NCBI GenBank assembly: GCA_965248055.1
Contig: CBDFIJ010000004.1
Coordinates: forward strand, 2,240,001 to 2,304,000
DNA: 64,000 bases
DNA from: Candidatus Multivoradales bacterium
GTDB taxonomy: Bacteria > Acidobacteriota > Thermoanaerobaculia > Multivoradales > JAHEKO01
Direction of reading: 5' to 3'
The notes beneath the pieces are model-generated. The model worked only from the letters and a program-made list of their open reading frames with translations. It did no database searches and was not told where the DNA came from. The position numbers and the translations under genes are program-made. Shown here piece after piece: positions 49,213 through 59,197 of the stretch (position 1 is the first letter of the stretch; every line of letters starts with the position of its first letter).

Positions 49213-49750
49213 ATGTAACCGAATCCCCCTGGCTTGCATCTAGCAAGGTGAAGGATGTCAATAATCGACGTCCAGTCCGACATGACGATGCAAGGAGACT
49301 TGAGAATGAAACACGCAAGAATATGGCTAACCACCGGCTTCGCCCTGTTGATCGCAACAACCGCCGCGGCGCACCCGCGTGACGCGGGGGATTCGGTGGA
49401 GAACGGGGGTCACTTCGGGGAACAGCGGATGGAGCGCCACCTGGATCGGATGGTCGAGGCATTGGAGCTGGACGACGGTCAAAAGGCGCAAGTAGAAGTG
49501 ATTCTCACTGAATCACGCGACCGCCATGCTGCCCGACGAGAAGGGGCTCAAGCTAAACAAGAGATGCTGCAATCTTTACTCGATTCCAATTCTCCAGACC
49601 CGGCTGAGGTGGGAGCGTTGATGATTGAAATACATCAATCGAGACAACAGATGAGCGCTGAACGCGAGCAAGTTCACGCCGAGATCTCGGCCCTTTTGAC
49701 ACCCGACCAGTTGCAGCGATTGGATGCGGTGAAAGAGATGCGCTCAGAGG
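49213..49750 (+). repeat. 538-bp direct repeat, copy 1 (copy 2 at 51109-51646)
   Basis: Near-identical promoter plus Spy-like gene; offset 1896 bp. Confidence 0.92.
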
Positions 49751-49761
49751 AGAACGAATAA
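49306..49761 (+). CDS. Spy/CpxP-family periplasmic chaperone-like protein, shortened copy
   Basis: Signal peptide; LELDDGQ and LLTPDQ motifs. Confidence 0.85.
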   Translation: MKHARIWLTTGFALLIATTAAAHPRDAGDSVENGGHFGEQRMERHLDRMVEALELDDGQKAQVEVILTESRDRHAARREGAQAKQEMLQSLLDSNSPDPAEVGALMIEIHQSRQQMSAEREQVHAEISALLTPDQLQRLDAVKEMRSEENE

Positions 49762-49762
49762 G

Positions 49763-49788
49763 GGGACACAATAAGAGTATTGTGTCCC
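49763..49788. repeat. REP-like palindrome
   Basis: GGGACACAATA-AGAG-TATTGTGTCCC. Confidence 0.7.
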
Positions 49789-49836
49789 TCGCTACGACAA
49801 AACCTCCAGCCGTGCGGATGACTGGTGAGCGGTCTT

Positions 49837-50304
49837 CTATTCGTCTTCGGCCGATTGTCCTTCGATTAGTCGAAGGACGCGGGCGTCCTCCTGGTGGCGC
49901 GGGTGATCGATCCGGCTCTTGATGTCCAGCAAACTTGTGCGGTCGATCCAGTTAGTCTCCACCTGTCCGTAGTTGTCGCGGACGCGCGACGCCCACGCCT
50001 GCGAGAAGGTTGGGCCGCCCGCGCTCGCGGGATCTCGCAGCAGATCGATGCGGTTTGGGGCAACCCCAAGTTGGAGAATTTCGTCCCTGTTTGAGTTCTT
50101 GAGAAGGTAAGGACTGCCGAATTCTGCAAGAGCTTTGTTTGCTTTATCGACGTTGACGAAAGAGGGATCAACCCAAAGGTCCATGTCTTTGGTGTAACGC
50201 GGTTTCGCGTGGTAAATGAAGGCGAGCCCGCCAATGATTAGATAGCGGACTCCGAATTGCTCGAACAGGTCGAGAAGGTCCTCAAAGTCCTGGATGGATT
50301 CCAT
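49837..50304 (-). CDS. Nucleotidyltransferase (DUF6036-like)
   Basis: YLIIGGLAF..H..PRYTKDMDLW. Confidence 0.85.
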   Translation of the reverse strand: MESIQDFEDLLDLFEQFGVRYLIIGGLAFIYHAKPRYTKDMDLWVDPSFVNVDKANKALAEFGSPYLLKNSNRDEILQLGVAPNRIDLLRDPASAGGPTFSQAWASRVRDNYGQVETNWIDRTSLLDIKSRIDHPRHQEDARVLRLIEGQSAEDE

Positions 50305-50305
50305 A

Positions 50306-50539
50306 CTAGCGATTCTGGTGTTCGCTGACTGCTTTGCGGTTGCTGATTGCTTCCACGTCGCGATGGATCGATACTAGAGCCGACAACCTTTCTTGCGGGG
50401 TGCAACTCTGCCAGAACTCCAGATCCCAAAGCTCAGCCTCTTCAAAGCTTGAAGAACTGTGGCCAACAATCCGTTCTCGGCGGCTGCGGCTTCGCTCAGA
50501 AAGTGTGGAGCACTGAGGAGGATCCCTATCTTCCAGCAT
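50306..50539 (-). CDS. Small partner protein of the nucleotidyltransferase (TA-like)
   Basis: SFEEAELWDLEFWQSCTPQERL; directly upstream of the nucleotidyltransferase; start uncertain. Confidence 0.65.
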   Translation of the reverse strand: MLEDRDPPQCSTLSERSRSRRERIVGHSSSSFEEAELWDLEFWQSCTPQERLSALVSIHRDVEAISNRKAVSEHQNR

Positions 50540-51110
50540 TTCCCCATTCTATCGTGAACCTAGAGCCAGATTGGAGTTGGTGCCCCCTTCCTGCTCTTGG
50601 TTCTCGGCCAGCCTCCTTTGTTATCGAGAGTCGGGTTCAAAGGCAATTTGTTCGGCTGTCGGCACGATCGAAAAAGGAGGATGAAGATTGCTGCACCGGC
50701 TGAAGATGGAGACGCAGAACCGCAGCCTAGAGCGGAAATCACTGGGTACTTCGCTGCCATTGTTGGGCTGAAGAGACCGAGTACGGGGACGGGTCGAAAA
50801 TCTAATTGACTTGCCTGAAAACCCCTTGGGAAGCTCTTGGCGGAGTCAGAAGAATATGCCCGACACTGTTCAGTTGCTAAGAGAAGCACGGAACGCAAAT
50901 GAATGGCACTTTGAGGGCTCTCGAAAAGGGGTTGAACGACACGGACGCCTCGGTGAGTTCGTACGCCAGATCCATGCTCAAGGGTCTAGCGGGTGATTCT
51001 CACGCGTTGGCAATGGTCGATGTCCGTGGCGAGTCAGTTCCGTAGGTGCGAATCCGCCCCTCAACTGCAGCAGTGCAGAGTGTCCAATCGGGAGCAGCTC
51101 TGTCTCTAAT

Positions 51111-51138
51111 GTAACCGAATCCCCTTGGCTTGCATCTA
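51111..51138 (+). promoter_or_regulatory. Candidate ECF sigma promoter (duplicated at 49215-49242)
   Basis: GTAACC-N16-CATCTA ahead of the spy-ECF cluster. Confidence 0.55.
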
Positions 51139-51201
51139 GCAAGGTGAAGGATGTCAATAATCGATGTCCAGTCCGACATGACGATGCAAGGAGACTTGAG
51201 A

Positions 51202-51714
51202 ATGAAACACGCAAGAATATGGCTAACCACCGGCTTCGCCCTGCTGATCGCAACAACCGCCGCGGCGCACCCGCGTGACGCGGGGGACTCGGCGGAAAAC
51301 GTGGGTCACTTCGGGGAACAGCGGATGGAGCGCCACCTGGATCGGATGGTTGAGGTATTGGAGCTGGATGAAGGTCAAAAGGCGCAAGTAGAAGCAATTC
51401 TTACTGAATCGCATGAGCGCCACGCTACGCGGCGAGAAGGAGCTCAAGCCAAACACGAGCAACTGAGGTCTTTGCTCGATTCCAATTCTCCAGACCCGGC
51501 TGAGGTGGGAGCGTTGATGATTGAAATGCATCAATCGAGACAACAGATGAGTGCTGAACGCGAGCAAGTTCACGCCGAGATCTCGGCCCTTTTGACACCC
51601 GACCAGTTGCAGCGATTGGATGCGGTGAAAGAGATGCGCTCTGAGGGGACCGGCCGGCGACACAAACGCCGCGAGCACCGCGGCAAGCGACTTCACCAAC
51701 GGCGTGGACACTAG
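51202..51714 (+). CDS. Spy/CpxP-family protein, full copy
   Basis: As copy 1, plus a basic His/Arg tail. Confidence 0.87.
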   Translation: MKHARIWLTTGFALLIATTAAAHPRDAGDSAENVGHFGEQRMERHLDRMVEVLELDEGQKAQVEAILTESHERHATRREGAQAKHEQLRSLLDSNSPDPAEVGALMIEMHQSRQQMSAEREQVHAEISALLTPDQLQRLDAVKEMRSEGTGRRHKRREHRGKRLHQRRGH

Positions 51715-51864
51715 GGCTTGTTAGCGCTTGTCAGATTGCTGCGACGGTGGTCCATTTTGTTCAATGCGAAGAACGACAAGCGCAATGTATTCTATGTACT
51801 TCAGTGAGAAGAGACGAAGCAGTGTCCAAAATGGGACCCGTCCCAAGGCGTAGGCTTATTCACC

Positions 51865-52455
51865 ATGGACGTACAACTCGTGATCACCAAGCCGTGGCTT
51901 CTTTTCGCCGCTCGGGATGTCGAAAAGGACGCAGATACCGAATGGGTCCAAGCGGCTCAGGCTGGGGATCGCGACGCCTTCGAATACCTGGTGACCAAGT
52001 ACCAGCGAAGAGTCTTTCAACTCTCCGGTCGCTTCTTTCGCCGACCCGAGGACGTTGAGGAGGCGGCACAAGAGACCTTCTTGACCGCTTGGCGCAAGCT
52101 GGATCGTTATTCTCGACGCGCCCCGTTTGAGCATTGGTTAACACGGGTTTGTCTAAACACCTCATTGGGCATCTTACGCCGACAGAAGAAGACGGAGCCG
52201 CTTCCGATGGAGATCGTTGCGCGGTCGCCCGGTATCGAAGTACGCATCGAAGCGAGCCAGATGATTGCACGCCTGGCTCCTGCCGACGCAATGGTTTTGC
52301 GCTTGTTGCACGCCGAAGGATGGACCGTAGCTGAGATCGCACACCGACTGGGGTGGACCCAAGCCAACGTTAAAGTACGCGCACATCGGGCGCGGGCCAA
52401 GCTTCGTAAGTGGGCCGAAGAGGAAAATTCGAGCACCGGAGGCCACAATGTTTAG
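51865..52455 (+). CDS. ECF sigma factor
   Basis: GDRDAFEYLV, QETFL.AW, FEHWL, EIA..LG...NVKVRAHRAR. Confidence 0.92.
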   Translation: MDVQLVITKPWLLFAARDVEKDADTEWVQAAQAGDRDAFEYLVTKYQRRVFQLSGRFFRRPEDVEEAAQETFLTAWRKLDRYSRRAPFEHWLTRVCLNTSLGILRRQKKTEPLPMEIVARSPGIEVRIEASQMIARLAPADAMVLRLLHAEGWTVAEIAHRLGWTQANVKVRAHRARAKLRKWAEEENSSTGGHNV

Positions 52456-52828
52456 CCGAGTCCAGGTCAAAGACGAGTGCAGGCAATTTCGTCAGCACCT
52501 TGTGGCGGGCAAGCCTGGGAATCGCCACCTTGCCGACTGTCCTCGATGCGGGATTATTGCTCAGCGTTGGCAACAAATAGAGCAGGTCTTAAGCGAAGAT
52601 TCCAAGGTAGGCCCAGCGCCCGGTTTTGCCGGTCGAGTATGCCGGCGACTGGATGGTCGACCTCATCCGGTGGTCGCGATCGCCCTACGAGTGGTCCCCG
52701 CGACCCTGGCCACGGTGGTCGCATTGACCCTGTGGTTGGCCTATCAGGGCGCACTCACCAACGATGGTTCAACTGCAGCGGTGGATGACTATGTTGCCTG
52801 GGTCATGGAGGCGGTGGACGATGAGTAA
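52448..52828 (+). CDS. Membrane anti-sigma factor (ZAS motif)
   Basis: HLADCPRC plus a transmembrane helix. Confidence 0.8.
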   Translation: MFSRVQVKDECRQFRQHLVAGKPGNRHLADCPRCGIIAQRWQQIEQVLSEDSKVGPAPGFAGRVCRRLDGRPHPVVAIALRVVPATLATVVALTLWLAYQGALTNDGSTAAVDDYVAWVMEAVDDE

Positions 52829-53267
52829 ATGGCTCGCGGGCGGAGTCGTACTGTTGGTTTTTCTCTCGGGACTTGGGGTTGGATCGTTGGGAACCCTTGC
52901 CTTTCAGCACCACTCTCCCGGAGGCCGTTTTCCTGGGCACCGGTTTTCTGGAAGCGGGATGGTCGATCAGGATCACCGGGAACATTCGGCACCAAGGCTG
53001 CTCGATCAGCGCTTCATCCGCAGTTTAAACCTCTCGAAGGACCAAGCCGATCAACTAGAAGCTCTTCATCGGCAAATCGAAGAAAAGATGGCTAAAGTCC
53101 GGCCCCGGGTTCGCAGCGAGGTCGAAGGTCTTCGGTCCTCGCACCTCAATGAAGTGCGTACGATTCTCGACGAACAGCAGAGAGAACACTTCGACCGGAT
53201 GATCGCCCGACGAGAGCGCAGGCATCGGCAACGGATGCGACGCCCCCCTGCTGAGATATCCGAATAG
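52821..53267 (+). CDS. Membrane-anchored Spy/LTXXQ-like protein
   Basis: N-terminal transmembrane helix; LNLSKDQ and ILDEQQ. Confidence 0.75.
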   Translation: MSKWLAGGVVLLVFLSGLGVGSLGTLAFQHHSPGGRFPGHRFSGSGMVDQDHREHSAPRLLDQRFIRSLNLSKDQADQLEALHRQIEEKMAKVRPRVRSEVEGLRSSHLNEVRTILDEQQREHFDRMIARRERRHRQRMRRPPAEISE

Positions 53268-53276
53268 CGTTACGAT

Positions 53277-54557
53277 CTAAGCGTGGCGCACCCAGCGCCA
53301 CAGCTCGGCAAAGGTGGGTTTCTTGCCGTACATCAGGATTCCGGTGCGGTAGACCTTGGCGGCGACCGAGATCATCAAGAACATGAACGCGGTGGTCAGC
53401 AAGTAGCTGAGAGCGATCTGCCACGCGGGTGGTGTCTTGACGGCAATACGCATCACCATTACCAGCGGGGAAAACATCGGGATCAGCGACATGATGACCG
53501 ATAGTTTGGAGTCAGGGTCATTGATAATCGGAGACAATGCCAGCATTGGCATGATCAGGAATGCGATCCCGAAAACGGCCATCTGCTGAGCTTCTTGTAC
53601 GTTGTTAAATGCGGCGCCGAGAGTGGCGTAGAAAGCGGCATAGATACCGAATCCCAAAAGGAAGAATCCTAGGAAATGAAAGACCACGGACAGCGGCAAG
53701 CTCGGAAGCTCGATGCCCTCAGGCAGCATCGTACTGGCCGCAAACAAGCCCGGAGTTAGGCCGACAAACGCGGCAGTTAGCCAAACCACCATCTGGGTCA
53801 AAGCAGCGCCACAGATGCCGATCAGCTTGCCCAACATCAACTCGGTGGACGACACTGCCGACAGCATCACTTCAACAACCCGACTCGACTTTTCCTCAAG
53901 CACGCCGTTAAGAACCGCTTGGCCGTACATGATGATGCCCATGTACAGGGACAAGATGAGGAACAAAGCGAGCAAGAATGCCGCTCCACCGCCTTTCGAA
54001 GTGTCTCCGTCTGCGCCAACTTGCACTGGATTGAGGCTGACTCCCTGAGTGAGGTTGGCAACCTCGTCGGGGTCGAAGCCGGCGCGAACGAGACGAAGTT
54101 GACGGAGCGTTCGATTGAGGGCTCTTCGCAAAACACTTTGGGTGAGTACGTTGGCGGTGCTTTCCGCGTGGTAGTCCACGCTCTCAGTCGTGAGTGGGTC
54201 CTTCCCCAGCCAAATCCAAGCGTCGATTTCCCCTTCCAAGAGGCGTGCATCCAGGTCGGACCGCATCGCCTCAACATCGGCCCCGAGCGGTTGGTGGACT
54301 AAGTTGAATTGAATTCCTCCACCTGAGGATTCGGAGGCAGGAAATAATTCCGCAGAAAGATCCGCGAAAAGTTCGGCATCACCACCAGCAACCACTAGTT
54401 CTTGTACTGCACTGGCACGATCGGCAAGCAAGGAGGGGAGGAACATCATTACTAACATCAGCACCGGCATCAGCAGAGTGGCGATCCAAAAGGCTTTTGA
54501 CTTCAGGCGTGCGAGGTATTCTCGCGAAGCAACGATCAGTGCTTTCTCAATGCGCAT
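53277..54557 (-). CDS. ABC-2 transporter permease (NatB/YhaP-like)
   Basis: EEKSSRVVEVMLS...GK motif. Confidence 0.9.
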   Translation of the reverse strand: MRIEKALIVASREYLARLKSKAFWIATLLMPVLMLVMMFLPSLLADRASAVQELVVAGGDAELFADLSAELFPASESSGGGIQFNLVHQPLGADVEAMRSDLDARLLEGEIDAWIWLGKDPLTTESVDYHAESTANVLTQSVLRRALNRTLRQLRLVRAGFDPDEVANLTQGVSLNPVQVGADGDTSKGGGAAFLLALFLILSLYMGIIMYGQAVLNGVLEEKSSRVVEVMLSAVSSTELMLGKLIGICGAALTQMVVWLTAAFVGLTPGLFAASTMLPEGIELPSLPLSVVFHFLGFFLLGFGIYAAFYATLGAAFNNVQEAQQMAVFGIAFLIMPMLALSPIINDPDSKLSVIMSLIPMFSPLVMVMRIAVKTPPAWQIALSYLLTTAFMFLMISVAAKVYRTGILMYGKKPTFAELWRWVRHA

Positions 54558-55449
54558 CGCGAATCGTCCTCACGAATATTTCTTCGAGGTCAACGGAAGA
54601 TCGGGTGAACTCTGCAATCTGGTACACAGAGGTGGCCGCGGCCAAAAAGTGAGCGGGGTCGGTCCCTGGAAGCAGCTGTAGCCGTAGGTGCCCATCGAGT
54701 TCCACAACCTCGTCGACTTCTTCCATTGCGCGAAGGTCCTCGATGGATCCGGTTCCTTGCACACGATAGCCGTGATCGCCGAAGTTAGCTTTGATCGAGC
54801 CTAATTCCCCTTGTAATACCACTTTTCCCATAGAGATCAAGGCGATGTGGTCGCACAGTTTTTCGGCCTGTTCCATGACGTGAGTCGAAAACAGAATGGT
54901 TTTGCCGAGGCGTTTGTAGTCGGCGAGGGTATCCTTGAACAACCCTTGATTGATCGGGTCGAGGCCAGAAAAAGGTTCATCGAGGATGACCAGCTCAGGA
55001 TCATGCAGCAAGGTGCCGGCGAGTTGGATTTTTTGCTGCTGCCCTTTGGACAGTTCTTCGACTTTGCGTGCTGCCCGGTCGGCCAATTCCATGCGCTCCA
55101 ACCACTCCATCGCGCGGGTCGATGCGACTGCCTTTTTGAGCCCGTGAATCTTGCCCAAGAACACCAGGTGTTCGAGCACCGTCATCTTGCGATAGAGCCC
55201 ACGTTCCTCAGGTAGATATCCGACTCGGTGCAAATCTTCAGCGGTGCGCGGTCGACCTCCAATCAAGACCTTTCCGGAATCAGGACCAATTATGTCCATG
55301 ATCATCCGAATCGTGGTGGTCTTACCAGCGCCATTGGGGCCTAGCAGGCCAAAGATAGACCCGGAAGGGACCGAGAGAGACAATTTGTCGACGGCGACGA
55401 AGTCACCGTAGTTCTTGCATACTTCCTGCAAGTCGAGACTTGTGTTCAT
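54547..55449 (-). CDS. ABC transporter ATP-binding protein (NatA/YhaQ-like)
   Basis: GPNGAGKT, LSKGQQQ and LDEPFSGLDP. Confidence 0.93.
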   Translation of the reverse strand: MNTSLDLQEVCKNYGDFVAVDKLSLSVPSGSIFGLLGPNGAGKTTTIRMIMDIIGPDSGKVLIGGRPRTAEDLHRVGYLPEERGLYRKMTVLEHLVFLGKIHGLKKAVASTRAMEWLERMELADRAARKVEELSKGQQQKIQLAGTLLHDPELVILDEPFSGLDPINQGLFKDTLADYKRLGKTILFSTHVMEQAEKLCDHIALISMGKVVLQGELGSIKANFGDHGYRVQGTGSIEDLRAMEEVDEVVELDGHLRLQLLPGTDPAHFLAAATSVYQIAEFTRSSVDLEEIFVRTIRDAH

Positions 55450-55495
55450 GATTGGCGTGATTTTTCGTTAAGGTCGCGTACCGGTAGAAGTACGT

Positions 55496-57571
55496 ATGTT
55501 GAGAAGCAAGGTTAACAGCATCTTGGGCATCTTCGGATTGGCATGTCCGGCGATTCTCTGCGCCCAGGTGAGCGGAGTGGTGGTCGACGCCAACCAGCGG
55601 CCAGTGACCGAAGTGGAGGTGATCGGTTCAGACGGAAACAGCGAAGAACGGCGGCTGTCGGGTGAAGGGGGTATCTTTAAGATCGAACTTTCGCCTCCAC
55701 TGCAACTGATCGCGCGCAAACTGGGGTTTGGTGAGGTGGAAGTCGCGGTAACCGCGGGAACCAGCGAAGTGCGTATGCAGTTACCGCTGGCGCCTTATGT
55801 CGATGAATTGGTGGTCGCGGCAAAAGACGACAGTTTGGGGATTCCGCGCACCGCCTCTTTAGCTACGATTACACCGGGCGAGGGTGCTGCCGGGACTTCG
55901 ATCACTGATTTGGTATCCCATTTACCCTCGGTATCGCAAAATGGCCAAGGCGGTCTGTTCCAGGTGTTCTCAATCCGCGGACTTTCCCGTCATCGAGTGC
56001 TGACCTTGATGGACGGAGTGCGCATTGTTTCGGATCGGCGGGCCGGGTCCTCGACCTCGTTTGCCGATCCACACCTAATCGACGGGGTTGAAGTTCTGCG
56101 TGGACCGGCGTCCAGTCGCTTCGGTTCCGGCGCGCTGGGCGGCGTGGTGCAGTTGGTACCGAGAACCAACCACGAGCTGAGGGCGCATGCCAATTGGCAA
56201 TCCCAAGGCAGTCAAACCGCACTCGGGATCGGTTGGGGTGATCAAAGCACTAGTTTGGATCTGGCCTACCGACGTTCCGGCAATACTGAGACTCCGGAGC
56301 GAGAGACTCTGTTCTCTCAATATCGGCAGACCTCCTTGCTGGCCGGCCATCGCTGGGGGACAACTGAAAGGAACTATCGCGTACGCTTGATGGGCTCATC
56401 GGGTCGGAACATCGGCAAAGTGTCAACCGATTTTCCCAGTCGCATCACCAGATATCCAGAGGAAACTCATTGGCTCGGGCGATTTGTCGCGTCTAGCGCC
56501 AGAAACTCCTGGTCGATCGCTGTACATCCGAGCGTGTTGCGCACCGAAGTGGTTGATGCGCAGTTGAGCCAAGTGGTCAACAGAGCTGCCGATGGGTCGC
56601 TGAGTTGGAACCGGACCGAGGGGACCGAGCGCGGTCGATATTTGTGGGGCGCCGACCTCTTTGTACGAAACGGTGTTCGAGCGTCCGAAACGCTAGCCGG
56701 GGTGACTACGACAACCTTGGATGGTGGGCAACTCGAAGCCTCGGGCTATGCAACCTGGGAGCGGCCAACAGAGAAGGCCACGTTCTCAGTCGGTGGCCGA
56801 TGGACCACTTTGCGGCAAAGTCAAGACCATCAGGCCAGCGCGACGGAAACCTCGGGTAGTGCCTTCGTTGGTTGGGCGGTCAATTTGGGTCAACAGTGGG
56901 ATGTTCGGTTTCATACCGGTTCCGGGTGGCGCTTTCCTTCGCTTTCCGAGCGATTCTTTCGCGGTAGCACTGGACGGGGTCAGGTGATTGGCAATCCAGA
57001 CCTAAAGCCGGAGCGCTCGCTGAGCGCCGAAAGCGGATTGCGTTGGACGGGTGCCCGAGCGTACGTTGACGCCGGTATGCACTACAACCGGGTGGATGAC
57101 TACATCGAGCGTTTCGACTTAGGCGAGGTGCGCAGCTTTGACAATGTTGATTCAGGTTCGATCTGGGGTTTCGAAGTCGCCGGGGCGTGGAGTATTTCCA
57201 GGACTCTTGGATTGGATTGGGGCGGTCATTTGTTGCAGGGCGAAGCAGATAACGGTGACCCGCTGGCTGACATACCACCCGATCGAGCCTGGGCGAGCGT
57301 CCATTGGAGCCCGGAGGACTGGAGCGTCAAGAGTCGCTTGGAACATCGGTTGAGAAAGAGCGACTTGGGTCCAGGGGAGCTCGAACTGGGGTCGGCGACC
57401 TTGCTCTCATTCAAGATTGAGCGTAGTCACCGACTGGGTGTTGTCAGTGTCTATGCTGAGAATCTACTGGACCAGACCTACCGCACTGCTGCCGACGACA
57501 AACTGCCACCTTCGGCCGGAGCAACAGTGGGAGTTTCTTGGCGTTGGATGGCGTCGTCGAACGCACCTTGA
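55496..57571 (+). CDS. TonB-dependent receptor
   Basis: SIRGL, VEVLRGPASSRFGSGALGGVV and NPDLKPE. Confidence 0.9.
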   Translation: MLRSKVNSILGIFGLACPAILCAQVSGVVVDANQRPVTEVEVIGSDGNSEERRLSGEGGIFKIELSPPLQLIARKLGFGEVEVAVTAGTSEVRMQLPLAPYVDELVVAAKDDSLGIPRTASLATITPGEGAAGTSITDLVSHLPSVSQNGQGGLFQVFSIRGLSRHRVLTLMDGVRIVSDRRAGSSTSFADPHLIDGVEVLRGPASSRFGSGALGGVVQLVPRTNHELRAHANWQSQGSQTALGIGWGDQSTSLDLAYRRSGNTETPERETLFSQYRQTSLLAGHRWGTTERNYRVRLMGSSGRNIGKVSTDFPSRITRYPEETHWLGRFVASSARNSWSIAVHPSVLRTEVVDAQLSQVVNRAADGSLSWNRTEGTERGRYLWGADLFVRNGVRASETLAGVTTTTLDGGQLEASGYATWERPTEKATFSVGGRWTTLRQSQDHQASATETSGSAFVGWAVNLGQQWDVRFHTGSGWRFPSLSERFFRGSTGRGQVIGNPDLKPERSLSAESGLRWTGARAYVDAGMHYNRVDDYIERFDLGEVRSFDNVDSGSIWGFEVAGAWSISRTLGLDWGGHLLQGEADNGDPLADIPPDRAWASVHWSPEDWSVKSRLEHRLRKSDLGPGELELGSATLLSFKIERSHRLGVVSVYAENLLDQTYRTAADDKLPPSAGATVGVSWRWMASSNAP

Positions 57572-57594
57572 TCGCTTGCCTGACGACCCGAGCT

Positions 57595-58539
57595 CTAGCT
57601 TGGGTCAGCCGGTGAAATTGTCGCACTCATATCCGGCTCACAGACCCGGGCCAAACGAAGATCAAAGTCCGTTTCCATATTGAGCGCCTGGTAACGCTTG
57701 AGTAGTTGGTCCTCGAACTGAGGTATGTAGGAACCAGGTGAAGAGAAGTAATCGTCACAAAGGGTCTTTAGCCGCTCGACGATATTGCGTCTGACAAAGG
57801 GTGAAAAGTGGTTGGGATTCAGCGCTTCATCCCAGAACTCGTTGACATGATTGGCAAAGTCGAAATCGCGCTGGACGCGGGCACGGCCCTCTTCAAACAC
57901 TATGATCGCCGGTAGTTCACCGACTACGTTGTCTTCAAACAAGCTGCGATAGAACAGAAATCCCTCGTAGTTTGCCACCAAGTCGGCGTTGGAAAAGATT
58001 CCGGTGAAGAGAGCGCCAAAGTAGCCATTCTCGTTGCGATTCCCGAGCTTGACCACGCGCTCCAGCGGCAGGTCGCGTAGATGACGCCGATAGTATTTCC
58101 AGCCTTGAGAGACGAAGTGCCCCAACTTGTCGGTGCCGATCAAATCGCCTCCAATTCGAATCGTCGGCCCGATCCCCGTGAAGTACGACACCCGTCGAGC
58201 CCAGAAAGGGATCTCCGCGTAGATGGTTTCTGACCGCGATTGAGGTAGATGGTCAAACTGTGGATCGGTCATCGCCCAACGTTCGACGGGATCTACCCAA
58301 TGGCGACTTCCCAAGCTTTGGTACACCGCCGTGGAAAACTGGCGGCGATTTTCGGGCCCTCTCCATTCCTCTGCCACAGTCTGCAGCGCTTGGCGAAATT
58401 TCTGATTAATCAGATCAGCGCTATCCTCGATCTGGGTCAGCCGGTTCCAGTATTGATCGCATTCATAAGCAGTCGCCGGAACCGACAAGAAGAGTGCTGC
58501 GATGCATGCCACCACAGTGGATCTCAAGCTATTCATCAT
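57595..58539 (-). CDS. Secreted hypothetical protein
   Basis: Signal peptide; GTDKLGHF...E...SNADLVANYEG (possible metal/catalytic site). Confidence 0.75.
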   Translation of the reverse strand: MMNSLRSTVVACIAALFLSVPATAYECDQYWNRLTQIEDSADLINQKFRQALQTVAEEWRGPENRRQFSTAVYQSLGSRHWVDPVERWAMTDPQFDHLPQSRSETIYAEIPFWARRVSYFTGIGPTIRIGGDLIGTDKLGHFVSQGWKYYRRHLRDLPLERVVKLGNRNENGYFGALFTGIFSNADLVANYEGFLFYRSLFEDNVVGELPAIIVFEEGRARVQRDFDFANHVNEFWDEALNPNHFSPFVRRNIVERLKTLCDDYFSSPGSYIPQFEDQLLKRYQALNMETDFDLRLARVCEPDMSATISPADPS

Positions 58540-58615
58540 GCTGGGGAAATTATGAATCAAAAACAGCTGGATGCGAACTAAACCTTTGACACGCGGCGAT
58601 GGTCTAAGTTAACGA

Positions 58616-59197
58616 ATGCAGACCGAAGCGAGTTTTCCCGCAATTTCAATCATCACTGAGACGGAACCTAGCAGCATGGAAAAACCAATGTCGCTCGATG
58701 TTCGACGTGCCCAACGTGGGGACGTGCAGGCTTTCGAGCGGGTGTATCAAGAGCATGTTGGAAAGATATACGGCCTGTGCTTACGCATGGTGCGCGACTC
58801 TGCACGGGCCGAAGAATTGACCCAAGACGCGTTCGTGCGAGCGTGGCAGAAGATCGGCAGCTTTTCCGGGCGTGCCACCTTTTCCACCTGGCTTCACCGA
58901 TTGACGGTGAATCTTGTGATCAGTGCTGAGCGCGTTCGACAAAGGGAACGGGATCGCGTGGAAGATACGCCGGGTGGTGTTGAACACCAACCGACCCTGG
59001 GTAGACCTTCGGGGCTGAGAATGGATTTGGAGCAGGCGATCGCCCAGCTACCGGATCAAGCCCGGCGGGTTTTTGTTTTGTATCAGGTAGAAGGATATCG
59101 ACACGGAGAGGTCGCCAAGTTTCTGGGAATCGCCGAGGGCACTTCCAAGGCACACCTTTACAGCGCTCGGCAAAAGCTCAAGGAGAGCTTGCAATGA
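58616..59197 (+). CDS. ECF sigma factor
   Basis: GDVQAFERVY, FSTWLHRL, GTSKAHLYSAR; AAACC...GTCTAA ECF-like promoter upstream; start may be 58676. Confidence 0.92.
   Translation: MQTEASFPAISIITETEPSSMEKPMSLDVRRAQRGDVQAFERVYQEHVGKIYGLCLRMVRDSARAEELTQDAFVRAWQKIGSFSGRATFSTWLHRLTVNLVISAERVRQRERDRVEDTPGGVEHQPTLGRPSGLRMDLEQAIAQLPDQARRVFVLYQVEGYRHGEVAKFLGIAEGTSKAHLYSARQKLKESLQ

Noticed and set aside
50560-51100. RAYT or other coding remnant between the nucleotidyltransferase pair and spy
   Set aside because: No HUH or other recognisable motif could be read in any frame.
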